Assembly (NCBI GenBank): GCA_000165345.1
Contig: CM000431.1
Span: 672,001-736,000 of the forward strand
Length of the DNA stretch: 64,000 bases
Direction: 5' to 3'
Below, in pieces: positions 1 to 10,065 of the stretch. The translations under genes were made by a program, and so were the position numbers. Within the stretch, counting starts at the first letter, position 1; the number at the start of each line of letters is the position of its first letter. Under the pieces are notes generated by a model that saw only the letters and a program-made list of their open reading frames with translations, did not search any database and had not been told where the DNA came from.

Positions 1-2
1 TT

Positions 3-644
3 GATGTTACGAAATTAGCGTTTTTACAGGAAAATCCAGAAATATTATTATGCGGTACAGGGTATGGTGAAGTTCGTCTCTACGCTCCTCAATTACAGAG
101 ACGACCAATTATTAATTATGAAATTTGGGAAGAAAAATCATCAATAACAGAGCTAGAAATTATTAAAAACTGGGCAAAGTTAAAATCAAATAGAAATTCA
201 TATGGATCAGTAGTTGCTATTGGAAATAATAAAGGCTCTGTATTACTTTTAAAAATTACGGATACGCAAGTAGATATTTACAAAAGATCGAGTTTTCGTT
301 CAGAAAGCCGTGATTCTGCGTTAAATAAAAAAAAAATACTTCCATTAATTAGAGAATATGTCTCATTTAAAATTTCTACTGACAAATTTAAAAAAAATAA
401 GTTAAATAATATTAAAAGTAACCATAAAATAGAAATTTCAGCATTAGGGAATTTTAAGGGTATAATGGGAGGAATTACTACAATGAACAGCTTTAAATTA
501 AGCGATAAAGAACATAAGGAGAGCATATTCCTTGCAATTGGTGGCCCAGGGCGATATATTTATATATTTGAAGTTAAAAAAAGAAGATTAGTTAGAAAAA
601 TTTTTACTTCGCAAAAGATAGCATTTATTAAAATTTTAGAGTAG
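3..644 (+). CDS. partial CDS, 3' end only (N-terminus upstream of window): WD-repeat-like protein C-terminal region
   Basis: Frame 3 is open from the window edge to TAG at 642-644. It is absent from the ORF track because it has no in-window start. The translation (...GEVRLYAPQ...SVVAIGNNKGSVLLLKITD...LAIGGPGRYIYIFEV...) shows propeller-blade-like Gly/hydrophobic patterns. Family not assigned. Confidence 0.45.
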   Translation, partial: DVTKLAFLQENPEILLCGTGYGEVRLYAPQLQRRPIINYEIWEEKSSITELEIIKNWAKLKSNRNSYGSVVAIGNNKGSVLLLKITDTQVDIYKRSSFRSESRDSALNKKKILPLIREYVSFKISTDKFKKNKLNNIKSNHKIEISALGNFKGIMGGITTMNSFKLSDKEHKESIFLAIGGPGRYIYIFEVKKRRLVRKIFTSQKIAFIKILE

Positions 645-673
645 CCTTATAGTAACTTTATTCTTGATAGCTT

Positions 674-3600
674 CTAAATAATATTAATTTTCCCCTCAAC
701 CAATTTAAACTCCAAAAAATGGTGTTTTCTACCAAATAAGAATGTATAGAACTTTGTTAACAATCTTTGATACATATTCTCGGAAAAAAAATTCATATCA
801 CCGGAATCTAATATATTTCCGTTTGCTGAATTAAGATAATTTTGCATGTTATCACTAGAAATTTCATTTTCAATTTCCAATCTAATAGAATCGAAATTGG
901 TATAATAGAATTTGTCAAACATTTTTGAAAGAATTTTATAAGTGTATTTACTAGAAATATGAGAATACCTTAAAATATGGCTTTCTGAAGCAACCATTTC
1001 AGAAACAATATTCTGCGATTTTAAAGCAAAAAGCTGAGGAATTAAGTAGTTAATTAGTTTCTTTTTATATATCAACAATGTCCTGAGGAATACTCCAATA
1101 ATCGTCAATTCTTCAGTATCATAATACCTAATATTTAATACATTACATATACGTTTTCCAATATGAATAGAAGAATTATCTTTTTCTCTTTTAGTATTCA
1201 TTAATATTGGAAAGATTAAATTTGAAAATAGTCGAGTTCCCAAAAATAAATAGGAAGCGGAGTTTAAAATAATGTTGAGACAGCAAATTAGTTCAAGAGT
1301 AGTATAAGAAGAAGGCTTATAGTATTTGCTTGCCAAAATCTCTTTCATACGCACAGATGTAATACTATTTAATATATGCTTTTTGAATGACGAATTCAAG
1401 CCAATAAATAACTTCTTTTTATTAAGATCAAAGAATATTACTTTATCATTAAATTCTATCAATGTTTCACCAAAAACAAACCAGTATTTGAGAAATTGTC
1501 GCTCATCTGAGATACTTAAAATGAAAGATAGCATATTCAATGCAAATTCAGAAATAATTTTTTTATGTGAAATAGTGCACTCGAGTAATGGTTTATCATT
1601 ATCAGAATCCCTAATTTGCATGTTTTCATCAAATACTGAAATTTTAACTCTATCTAATACATAGGTATATTGTAATAGCAGATAAAGAATGTCACAAATA
1701 ATATGATTCAGTTTTTTTGAACAGTATTGATCAAATGCCAATTTAGAAATTCCATTCAAGCATTCGTAAAGGCTAGAGAAATTATTATCGATATTCATTT
1801 TAGCTGTCAAACTATTGATATTTGCGATCACTTTGTTAGTTAGGTTATTTAGTAGTGTAACATTAAATAGCTTTCTAGATACTAATTCAATTGAAAATAT
1901 TACTGAAAAATGGATGCTTTCCATATTGTACAAAATACCATTATATATCTTGTATAAAAAATCACAGAAATTACCGTCAACATTGGAAAATAAACTCGAA
2001 TTTTCCTTTTTAAATATTAATTTAATAAAATCAAAAAACTCCGTAGAGGTATTGTTACAAGATTCAATTACTTGATTTAAGTATAACATAATCGCCTCAA
2101 TTAAAAGCTCAAAAAAGTTGATTTTAAGTGGCCTTAAAATATTAAAAATTAGGATATTAATACTGTAATAATTTGAATCCATAAACAAATCTAAAATCAA
2201 TTTAAGAATTTGGTTATATGTAACAATTTGAAGTCCAATTTTATTTTCAAAATTAGGCAAATACAGTATAATTTTTGTTGTTAGTAATGAATTATTCAAA
2301 TACACAAATAATTTTTTTTGTTCATCGTATTGGCTATCTTTAGATAAATGATTAATAATTAGTGTGATAATATCCAATTTATGTTTATTATTTTGTAATT
2401 TTTCAACAAATTTAATAGTCAAATCTGCATCTTTCGATAAATTTTTCAGTAAATCATTTAAAATATGGGAAATACAACTACCATCAGATAAAATTAGGTT
2501 TTTATATGTTTTAACCGGAAATCTTTCATTCTTCAAAAAAATGTAATATAATAGCTCAAAAGAAAATATTGATATTAAATTCTGATTAATGGATTTCAGG
2601 AATTTTAATACTAACCAATAGTTGTTCCATATCTTTGAAAAATTTAATAGGTTGGTTATACTTTTTTCTTTAGCAATTATTTGTTTAATTAATAAAGCTT
2701 TATATTTTGGAAAAAGCTTAAATAGTTTTGTAAATTTTCTAAATTGATCATTTTTCACCAGTAAATGAATATCATTTATTTTTGCTTGATCAAACTTAAT
2801 AGTTAGAAATTTAAGAACAAGCAGATGTATTATTACAGCCACATGTCTTATACTTTCTTGTTCTAAACTTTGAGTGTAAATATATAATAGTGCTTTATAA
2901 CAATACATTGGATGATTTAAAAAAACTTTAATGTGATGTTCACTTATAACCGGTATCTTGTATTCGTAGTTAGTTATTAAATTTTCCGTTAAGTAGTAAA
3001 TTTCTAGATATGAAATTAAGTTGGTTTTTTTGCAAGAATTGTTTCGAATATAAATCCGCTCAATCATATGCAATAATGGTAAAATATCACTAAATGGTAA
3101 AATATCTAAAAACATTTTCCACCTTTTTAATGAAAAATCAGAATTAAATTTAATTAAGTAAATTGGAACCTTCTCTTCATATTCAAGTAACTTCGAAATA
3201 TTAACTTTTGTTGAAACAAGAGCTCGGACTTTATGAATAATTTGAATATAGCTGCGGATTGTTGAAACAATTGATAATAAAGATTTGATTGAACTTAAAC
3301 TTCTAGGTAGCAAATTTTTTATAGATAAAATAGAAATTAATGATAAGCAAATCAAAATTTTGGTTCTTTGATTAACATTCGCAGAATTAATAATTAATTT
3401 AGATTTATATCCATTATTAAAAAGCAAGTCAGCTGAACAATAAATAAGTAAATCGTATTTATTGAAATTATTGAAAACTAAATCAGGATATCTCAGATCT
3501 GATTTAATAAATTGATTATTGAAAAACAAGTCAAATATTGTATTTTCGTAGTTTGAATCTTTAACAGTGTAATAATAACTGCTTGAAAAACACTTTTCTA

Positions 3601-6037
3601 GATTGCTTTGAATCTTTTCTTCATTAAAGATTATATTCTTATCATATATTGGAGTGCTTTTATAATTCAATAAAAAACTTAAAAAATGTAATGGAGAGTT
3701 GGACAATAGTGTTTTTTCAATGATATTTAGCAAGGAACTATTTTCAGTAGATATTCCGTTCAAGAATTTACTATTTTTTATTAAGTAAAATGATATTTTA
3801 ATTGTTTCTTCGTCAATATATTCTTTGTTTGAAACAGAGTTGAATAAAATTTCAATTGCGAGATTTTGCGACCCATAAATTATTAGAGTTGTTATTTGGA
3901 GTTTAATTATGCTCTTCCAAATAAGATGATCCTCATTTATGCATACAAATTTTTTGATTATAAATTTAAGTTTATCCAAAATTAAAGAGTGCTTATTGAT
4001 AATTGCTAAAGAAGGATTAGAAAGAAATATATCCATAAGTATTTTTTCCTTGTTATTTTCAAAAATAATTGAATTTGGATGGTAATAACTGAATTCAAAA
4101 TTATTACACAAGTTTGGACATAGCTTTTCAAACTCAATTTTTGAACAGGCTCTAAATATTGGGTAAATTTCCGTTTCATTGGGAGAATATTTAACCAACT
4201 CATTAATTATATTAGAAATGAAAATATGTTCGCATATTAGTTTAAATTTAAAATCCATAGTTTCATTATTTAATACAATTTCTTTGTTCAATTTATTTAT
4301 AAATATTGTAAAATTATACAGAGGTGGTTCCAAATACTCGTAGATACGATTGAATAATTGTAAAAAAAGATCCATAAACTCACATTCATTCGTGGATGTG
4401 ATATATTGCTTAATTTGCTTCACTATATCTCCAGTAGATATTTCGATATTTAGGTTTTCTACGATCAACAATTTCTCTAATAAATAAAAAATTAAACCGA
4501 GTAAACTTCCTAAAGGGTAATTTGGAAGCCTTATTGAATCGGTTATTAAATTATATATTGATATTACTGTATTTAATAAATCAGTTGTATAAAATCTTGG
4601 AAGTTTGCTAATTAAGTTGATCAGGAAACATTCAGCATTTATTGGATTGTACAAAACCTTAAATATATCATAAATTGTAATTTCATGAATAACGCTTATT
4701 GGAATCTCTCTATATAAATCAATAAATAACTGATGTTTTTCAATAGACTCAATGGAAAAAAATATATTATTTAGCCAGTTTCTAAAGCTTTGAATAGATT
4801 GTGGGCCTTGATATAAAACTGAAACATTTTTGCAAAAGGGACAGCAAATATAATCAGATGGTATGAGACTATTATCAATTTTCAAAATTGATGAATTTAA
4901 CTTCTGAATAGTTAGATCCTTTTTAAGGTATTTAATTATTATTGAGCTCTTAGGGGTACATTCATAAACTTCGTCTATATATTCTTGTATCTCTAATGCA
5001 TTTACATTTAACAATGGCGAATCCCTACCATTAATGCATAACAAAATAAATTGAATTACTCTGATTGGACATGCAATGAATCTGTTCGTTAAATTGTTAG
5101 TTAGTTTACTATTTTTGACGAGTATTTTAGATATTTTACAAAATAAATCGATCGTAATATTATCCTTCTCATCAAATAAATAATTTATTACTGACTCTTC
5201 TAAAGGAACATGCGCATTCGAATATAAAGAACTTGTTAAATTATTCTCACATTTGTAAATAAAGTTAGCATCTTTATAATAAAATTGCTGAAAATATCCT
5301 GAATAGCAGTACTTTTGAACCAAAGGTTGGCATCTTAATATCTTTGTAGATTCAAAGCCATCTTTATTTAATTGCTTATCATAAAGAGAATTTAAATAAG
5401 AAATACAATAATAGCTTCCAAATAAACTTGAAAATAGCTTACTGAGTTCTGAATATGAAGAATCTGAAAACTGTTCTATTACCAACTTGAATCTATTTAT
5501 AGGTGAATTGATAATAAACTTTATAGGGTCCAATATTTTCTTACAAAATTTTATATTTCTTTCAAAGGCAATGCAATATTGCTCCAATATAGAATAGAAA
5601 GAATAAAGCACTATTATAGAGTCGAAATGAAAAATCAAATGTTTTTCTTGTAAATTATTTAGCAAAATACTTTGATCTGCGATTTCAAAACCTAAGTGCT
5701 CGATTATAAATGTTAAAAATGGCAATGCAAAATCACTAATATTTAATGTATTTTTTACTATATGAAAGCAGCGTTCAATAGACCATTGAGATATGCTTTC
5801 AATAGAGTCATGGAATGTATTCTGTTCATTACTAAATAAATGGTTGTCTTCATAACTATCTCCAATTTGTACATTTGTTGGCTTAGGTATTATATGCTTA
5901 TATTGATCGATATGAAGTGTTTCTGGAATAGAGTTTAGGATTAATTTCCAATATATTCTAAGTTCCGGGTCATTAAATAGTAAGGTTAAGTCATCAATTC
6001 GACATTCTGCTGCAGCTATCAATGCAACCTCCAACAT
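674..6037 (-). CDS. large hypothetical protein (1787 aa), probably alpha-helical repeat architecture; family not recognised
   Basis: Uninterrupted 5.4 kb ORF. The ATG is verified: revcomp of cat at 6035-6037. No catalytic motif recognised (no Sec7, kinase or peptidase signatures seen). Antisense ORFs inside it at 1326-1664, 1815-2075 and 2364-2546 are treated as spurious. Confidence 0.6.
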   Translation of the reverse strand: MLEVALIAAAECRIDDLTLLFNDPELRIYWKLILNSIPETLHIDQYKHIIPKPTNVQIGDSYEDNHLFSNEQNTFHDSIESISQWSIERCFHIVKNTLNISDFALPFLTFIIEHLGFEIADQSILLNNLQEKHLIFHFDSIIVLYSFYSILEQYCIAFERNIKFCKKILDPIKFIINSPINRFKLVIEQFSDSSYSELSKLFSSLFGSYYCISYLNSLYDKQLNKDGFESTKILRCQPLVQKYCYSGYFQQFYYKDANFIYKCENNLTSSLYSNAHVPLEESVINYLFDEKDNITIDLFCKISKILVKNSKLTNNLTNRFIACPIRVIQFILLCINGRDSPLLNVNALEIQEYIDEVYECTPKSSIIIKYLKKDLTIQKLNSSILKIDNSLIPSDYICCPFCKNVSVLYQGPQSIQSFRNWLNNIFFSIESIEKHQLFIDLYREIPISVIHEITIYDIFKVLYNPINAECFLINLISKLPRFYTTDLLNTVISIYNLITDSIRLPNYPLGSLLGLIFYLLEKLLIVENLNIEISTGDIVKQIKQYITSTNECEFMDLFLQLFNRIYEYLEPPLYNFTIFINKLNKEIVLNNETMDFKFKLICEHIFISNIINELVKYSPNETEIYPIFRACSKIEFEKLCPNLCNNFEFSYYHPNSIIFENNKEKILMDIFLSNPSLAIINKHSLILDKLKFIIKKFVCINEDHLIWKSIIKLQITTLIIYGSQNLAIEILFNSVSNKEYIDEETIKISFYLIKNSKFLNGISTENSSLLNIIEKTLLSNSPLHFLSFLLNYKSTPIYDKNIIFNEEKIQSNLEKCFSSSYYYTVKDSNYENTIFDLFFNNQFIKSDLRYPDLVFNNFNKYDLLIYCSADLLFNNGYKSKLIINSANVNQRTKILICLSLISILSIKNLLPRSLSSIKSLLSIVSTIRSYIQIIHKVRALVSTKVNISKLLEYEEKVPIYLIKFNSDFSLKRWKMFLDILPFSDILPLLHMIERIYIRNNSCKKTNLISYLEIYYLTENLITNYEYKIPVISEHHIKVFLNHPMYCYKALLYIYTQSLEQESIRHVAVIIHLLVLKFLTIKFDQAKINDIHLLVKNDQFRKFTKLFKLFPKYKALLIKQIIAKEKSITNLLNFSKIWNNYWLVLKFLKSINQNLISIFSFELLYYIFLKNERFPVKTYKNLILSDGSCISHILNDLLKNLSKDADLTIKFVEKLQNNKHKLDIITLIINHLSKDSQYDEQKKLFVYLNNSLLTTKIILYLPNFENKIGLQIVTYNQILKLILDLFMDSNYYSINILIFNILRPLKINFFELLIEAIMLYLNQVIESCNNTSTEFFDFIKLIFKKENSSLFSNVDGNFCDFLYKIYNGILYNMESIHFSVIFSIELVSRKLFNVTLLNNLTNKVIANINSLTAKMNIDNNFSSLYECLNGISKLAFDQYCSKKLNHIICDILYLLLQYTYVLDRVKISVFDENMQIRDSDNDKPLLECTISHKKIISEFALNMLSFILSISDERQFLKYWFVFGETLIEFNDKVIFFDLNKKKLFIGLNSSFKKHILNSITSVRMKEILASKYYKPSSYTTLELICCLNIILNSASYLFLGTRLFSNLIFPILMNTKREKDNSSIHIGKRICNVLNIRYYDTEELTIIGVFLRTLLIYKKKLINYLIPQLFALKSQNIVSEMVASESHILRYSHISSKYTYKILSKMFDKFYYTNFDSIRLEIENEISSDNMQNYLNSANGNILDSGDMNFFSENMYQRLLTKFYTFLFGRKHHFLEFKLVEGKINII

Positions 6038-6203
6038 TTTATATTGATTTAATTGAGTTCAATAGTGGGGGTATTTGAGAAAGCATTAAACCGCATAATG
6101 CAATTCGAATCGTCGGAAATAATATATAATTATCGCTTTTACCGCCAACTAAGTTTGACAATTTACCAATAAATTCCTAGAGGCACTAAGAACAATTATA
6201 AGT

Positions 6204-6815
6204 ATGGTTGTTCATACTGAAATAATTCAAACAAGCAATCTAGACTTAGCAAAACAGATTTTATCAGAGGAACACGAGATTTCGGGTGAGATTTTTTGGT
6301 CTTTGCTGTTTTGGAAAATGCCAGAGTTATTTTTTTTATCAGTTTCAAAATCAACGCAAATTTCAAAGGAACAGCTTTCTAATTCATTGAACAAAATTAT
6401 ATTAAATGATTTCAGAGATGCATTCAACTCAATTATAATAATTTTGGCAAAACTTACTGATTTAATAGAGATACAAACTATCTTGCCTAATGAGTCTAAC
6501 TCATTAAATAATACTTCTATTCCAAATCTAACAGAAGTCATATTTCTATACACTACTATTATCTACACCATATTCCCATACTTTAATGAAGAGATATCTC
6601 TTATAGAATCTCAGGGAATTCAACTTCTTCCGCTGCTTAGTAAAGCTAAAAAAACAGTAAACAAATTCAGCTTGATTTACAAAGATCTCGATAGAATAAT
6701 TGAAAAGATCAGCCAGATTCATGAAATCAAACGTGGACTACTTAAGGGGGTCCTTAGTGGAATTGCAAACCAAATTACGCAGGTACCTATAATTAAGCAA
6801 CTAACATTTGAATAA
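6204..6815 (+). CDS. hypothetical protein (203 aa)
   Basis: ATG at 6204 and a TAA stop. It is divergent from the 674-6037 gene with a 166 bp spacer. The overlapping antisense ORF 6227-6553 is judged spurious. No family recognised. Confidence 0.4.
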   Translation: MVVHTEIIQTSNLDLAKQILSEEHEISGEIFWSLLFWKMPELFFLSVSKSTQISKEQLSNSLNKIILNDFRDAFNSIIIILAKLTDLIEIQTILPNESNSLNNTSIPNLTEVIFLYTTIIYTIFPYFNEEISLIESQGIQLLPLLSKAKKTVNKFSLIYKDLDRIIEKISQIHEIKRGLLKGVLSGIANQITQVPIIKQLTFE

Positions 6816-6875
6816 TATTAGTGATTATTACGTGTTTATAAGCATTAATAATTCTATTAAATTTGTTTGCATTAG

Positions 6876-7442
6876 CTACTTGTTATTTATTTCTTCTTGA
6901 GATTCCTTTACGCATTTCTGTACCATTTTATAGTATTCTAATTTGTTCTCAATATAAAGTTGTGCAGCTTCTGCATTTGCAGGAGAATTAGGGTTCGGGT
7001 CATTTAATAAGGATTGAATACAGGTAAGAATCGAGCATACATCAAGAACAGGGCTCCAGTGCTGTTGCAAAATATCTAGGCATATATTTCCATTGTTATA
7101 TATATTCGGATGGAAAACTCTTGTCACGAATCTTATCTTAGGAGCTTTATTGGGGTATTCTTCAGTAAATCTAATATCAAGTTTGAATATTCCACCTTCC
7201 CATACTGTTCCCTCAGGTCTATAATAATTAATTCATGATAAAATATCTAAAGTTGAGAAACTAACCCAAAAATTACCGCATCCCAATGTAACATCTCATC
7301 GTCAATAGGTGTTCCGCAGATACCATGCGGTGGATTATTTGAAAGTTTTGCGAAGTCTCTTAGAAGCCTACGTTTCTATCAAGTATAAAGTGAAAAATAG
7401 TTAATTAAATATAATAAATAAACCTACGGCTTGAAAAGACAT
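6876..7442 (-). CDS. UBC2: ubiquitin-conjugating enzyme E2, RAD6/UBC2 family (UBE2A/B orthologue); 3 exons
   Basis: Exons on the minus strand are 7428-7442 (MSFQA), 7266-7375 ([11 protein letters not shown]...WDAVIFG) and 6876-7218 ([57 protein letters not shown]...[16 protein letters not shown]...). Introns are 7376-7427 (52 nt, GTAGGT...TAG) and 7219-7265 (47 nt, GTTAGT...TAG). Reading phase is conserved across exons, total 155 aa. HPN and the active-site Cys context match RAD6 closely. The track shows only the last exon. Confidence 0.85.
7219..7265 (-). other. intron 2 of RAD6/UBC2 (47 nt, GTTAGT...TAG)
   Basis: Joins ...WDAVIFG to [13 protein letters not shown]..., which matches RAD6 (AVIFGPEGTPFEDGTFKL). 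Confidence 0.7.
7376..7427 (-). other. intron 1 of RAD6/UBC2 (52 nt, GTAGGT...TAG)
   Basis: Joins MSFQA to KRRLLRDF. The phase-0 boundary matches the RAD6 N-terminus MST-PA-RRRLMRDF. Confidence 0.6.
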
Positions 7443-7507
7443 ATTTTATCACAAATTTATTACTAATAATTCCGCGGCTCTGTAACAGTTTTCATATTTT
7501 CATAAAA

Positions 7508-8029
7508 ATGGATTCACTCTTTTCAAGAATAAATATTATCTTTTGCTCATTTGTAATTTCTTTGGCATGCTGTGCAGTTGGGAACTTTGCATCTTCATTT
7601 ATTTACAAAGAACTCCCAATAGGAGATACTGAATTACACTCCATACTTGACTTAGGAATTAGCCCATACTTAAGGAATGATCAAGCAAATATTGCGCTCA
7701 ACATTAATACAAACCTTTCTAATTCTCTGAACTGGAATACAAACCAAATCTTCACATTTATATATGTAAGCTATAAAAATAAACACCAAAATAATTACGT
7801 AACAGTTTGGGATGATATTTTTTCAAAAAAAAAAAACAAAACAAGTTTTTCAATGAAAGGAGTGATAAATAAATATCCAATTAGGGATATCGGGAGAAAC
7901 CTTAGAAGCAAAAGTATAAATCTTAATATCGCATTCTGCTACATGCCAATTGTGGGTAGCATTAAATATCACCATTTAAAAGTGTCGACTGAAAAAAAAT
8001 TGCCAGTGAATTATTTTCAATATAAATGA
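7508..8029 (+). CDS. SPCS3: signal peptidase complex subunit 3 (SPC22/23, SPCS3)
   Basis: 173 aa with an N-terminal TM helix (MDSLFSRINIIFCSFVISLACCAV). Aligns along its length with SPCS3 (..NWNTNQIFTFIYVSY..NYVTVWDDIF...NLNIAFCYMPIVG). The ATG at 7508 is verified. Confidence 0.8.
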   Translation: MDSLFSRINIIFCSFVISLACCAVGNFASSFIYKELPIGDTELHSILDLGISPYLRNDQANIALNINTNLSNSLNWNTNQIFTFIYVSYKNKHQNNYVTVWDDIFSKKKNKTSFSMKGVINKYPIRDIGRNLRSKSINLNIAFCYMPIVGSIKYHHLKVSTEKKLPVNYFQYK

Positions 8030-8104
8030 TTGTATTAACAATAAATAGTCAATATTACTTCTAAATTACAAAACTTATCAATAATTTCCTAGGCTATTAA
8101 GTGG

Positions 8105-10000
8105 TTATTTTTTAGTAAATACTTTGATTTCTTTCTTGAAAAAATAGATTGAAGCTGATAAAATAAAAATATAGAACATATTTTTCAATTTTAGTACTGG
8201 GGAAACTAACTGGAAGAAAGAAGGCTCATCAGAACTATTAAAAAGGCAATTCTTGTATAGGTTATCGTTGTTATAATTTGAACAAATTTGAGGTAGTCTA
8301 CTCCAGTAAATTTCCTCTTCAAAAACTTTTTGATAAACGTTGGTTAATGTTTTGAGAATAGAAAACCTATCACCGTCAAAATCTATCAGTAAAAATTCTG
8401 AAGCAGCTACGTTGCGTGAAAGCTCCAAAAAGCCTTTAATCTTAGACATGCTAGGAATTCCCCTAACTTTGCTCAATAGAGCAACTTGAACAGGCTGGAT
8501 AAATAATTCTCCAATATCTTCGTCGGCCTCACTATCAATCATATTACTTGCATTTCCAGAATTCCTTCTAATATTGATATATTTTTGACGAGAAATATCT
8601 AGCGCTCTAACAATTTCTTGATTTTGAGCCATTCCATCTAATCTATCATGTATAATAACTAAACAAATTATTCTATTTAAACTGTTAGACTCGCATAGAT
8701 TCTTAGCATTACTGCTATCAATAAAAGGTACATAAATCTGTTGCGTATAAAGCAGCGACTGTTCTAGTTTCTGTACTAAGGAGGTGGGCCTATTGATAAA
8801 GTTAAATAATTGATCATCTATTTGCCTGGTTTGCAAAACATCTTCATTTGAAAAGCCCCCAAGTGGAATGATAATCTCTGGAGTTAAGTCTGAATCCTTA
8901 AATATGTGCGGAAGCGCAATTAAGTATGGTTTATCATATTCTATTCCCCATTTATAAAGTATGCTATTTTTTTTGTTATTTTGATAATATGCTAACTCGA
9001 AAGTTGAGCTCCATCTTAATGCAAATGAACGAATTAATAATGTTGGTGAAGGTTTGTTAGAAAGAATTAATATTTTTGGCCTATACAAATTATTCTTTTT
9101 TAACCATCCAGTTAACGATTTCTCTGAATTTAATAGACCCAAAGTCATCGGAAAAGAGTTGGAGAGAAATTCCAAGAAAGATTCTAAACTTGGATCATAA
9201 ATTTTGGAATACATTTCGTATTGGTATCCACTTGTGATAATAAAAATTGCAGGAAATACCTTTACGCTTAATGGTAGTTTTTTAAGTAATGAATTTTCTT
9301 TTTTGGCGTGAATTCTTCCAAATTTGTAATATTTCCCCATTTCTTCAATAGATTCCTCCCAAATAGAAGAAAAATGGTGACAAAGTTCATCATGATCCGT
9401 ATAAACCTGTATAACCCATGAATTAGTTTTCTGAAGCATTACCAAGTTGTCAAAGTTATCGGATGTTAAGGTAACTGCAGCTGAAGGAATTATCTCAATC
9501 TCACCGCCTTGAGTAGTATCGTAAACTTGTCTTTTTTCATTATCACCCAGTATTTCATATGCTTTCGAAATATCTCTAAACTTCTCCAAGCACGGTTCAC
9601 AATCTGGATTTTTGTCAGGATGCCATACCAAGCTAAGCTTTCTGAATGCCTTTCTGATTTCTAAGTTAGATGATTTCTTTGTTACCCCCAAAACTTCGTA
9701 GTAATTCTTTTGGTTTTCATTTTTGTTTAGCTTCCCACTAATGCTGTAAAATTCTTCCCCTGCTCTTAAAATAATTGTGGAGATCAAAATACAAAGAATT
9801 AACAATAATATAGATAGATTTATTATTGTCTCCTTAAGTTCCGCCCATTTGAAACTTTGAAGGTAACTCAGTAAAGAATTTTGTGATGATTGAAACTTTT
9901 TCAAGTTATTCTCTGTGGTGCCATTAGTGTTCCCAAAATTAGCATTTCTCTGCAGTACAGAATTTAATTCTTGCTTATTGCTGCTTTTTTTTTTACCCAT
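8105..10000 (-). CDS. DnaJ (J-domain) protein with TM segment and thioredoxin-like domain, DNAJC16/ERdj8-like
   Basis: 631 aa. TM helix ILLLILCILISTIIL, then a J domain with HPD motif (NYYEVLGVTKKSSNLEIRKAFRKLSLVWHPDKNPD), then a thioredoxin-like region. ATG verified at 9998-10000. Confidence 0.7.
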   Translation of the reverse strand: MGKKKSSNKQELNSVLQRNANFGNTNGTTENNLKKFQSSQNSLLSYLQSFKWAELKETIINLSILLLILCILISTIILRAGEEFYSISGKLNKNENQKNYYEVLGVTKKSSNLEIRKAFRKLSLVWHPDKNPDCEPCLEKFRDISKAYEILGDNEKRQVYDTTQGGEIEIIPSAAVTLTSDNFDNLVMLQKTNSWVIQVYTDHDELCHHFSSIWEESIEEMGKYYKFGRIHAKKENSLLKKLPLSVKVFPAIFIITSGYQYEMYSKIYDPSLESFLEFLSNSFPMTLGLLNSEKSLTGWLKKNNLYRPKILILSNKPSPTLLIRSFALRWSSTFELAYYQNNKKNSILYKWGIEYDKPYLIALPHIFKDSDLTPEIIIPLGGFSNEDVLQTRQIDDQLFNFINRPTSLVQKLEQSLLYTQQIYVPFIDSSNAKNLCESNSLNRIICLVIIHDRLDGMAQNQEIVRALDISRQKYINIRRNSGNASNMIDSEADEDIGELFIQPVQVALLSKVRGIPSMSKIKGFLELSRNVAASEFLLIDFDGDRFSILKTLTNVYQKVFEEEIYWSRLPQICSNYNNDNLYKNCLFNSSDEPSFFQLVSPVLKLKNMFYIFILSASIYFFKKEIKVFTKK

Positions 10001-10065
10001 TTTTGAAAAAAAAAACTTTCACAAGACGATAAATACTAATACCGCAAGATAATTTATTTTCAAAA

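Noticed and set aside
1326-2546. Antisense ORFs of 60-130 aa inside long genes. They include 1326-1664, 1815-2075, 2364-2546, 11709-12023, 21208-21585, 22774-23094, 31830-32177, 42536-42895 and others in the track.
   Set aside because: All lie entirely within a longer, conserved ORF on the opposite strand and have Phe/Leu/Ile-rich translations typical of AT-rich antisense. No independent support.
6227-6553. 108-aa minus-strand ORF overlapping the 203-aa plus-strand ORF at 6204-6815
   Set aside because: The plus-strand ORF is longer and sits at a sensible distance (166 bp) from the divergent neighbour. The minus ORF would have no promoter space. Kept only the plus ORF, itself at low confidence.
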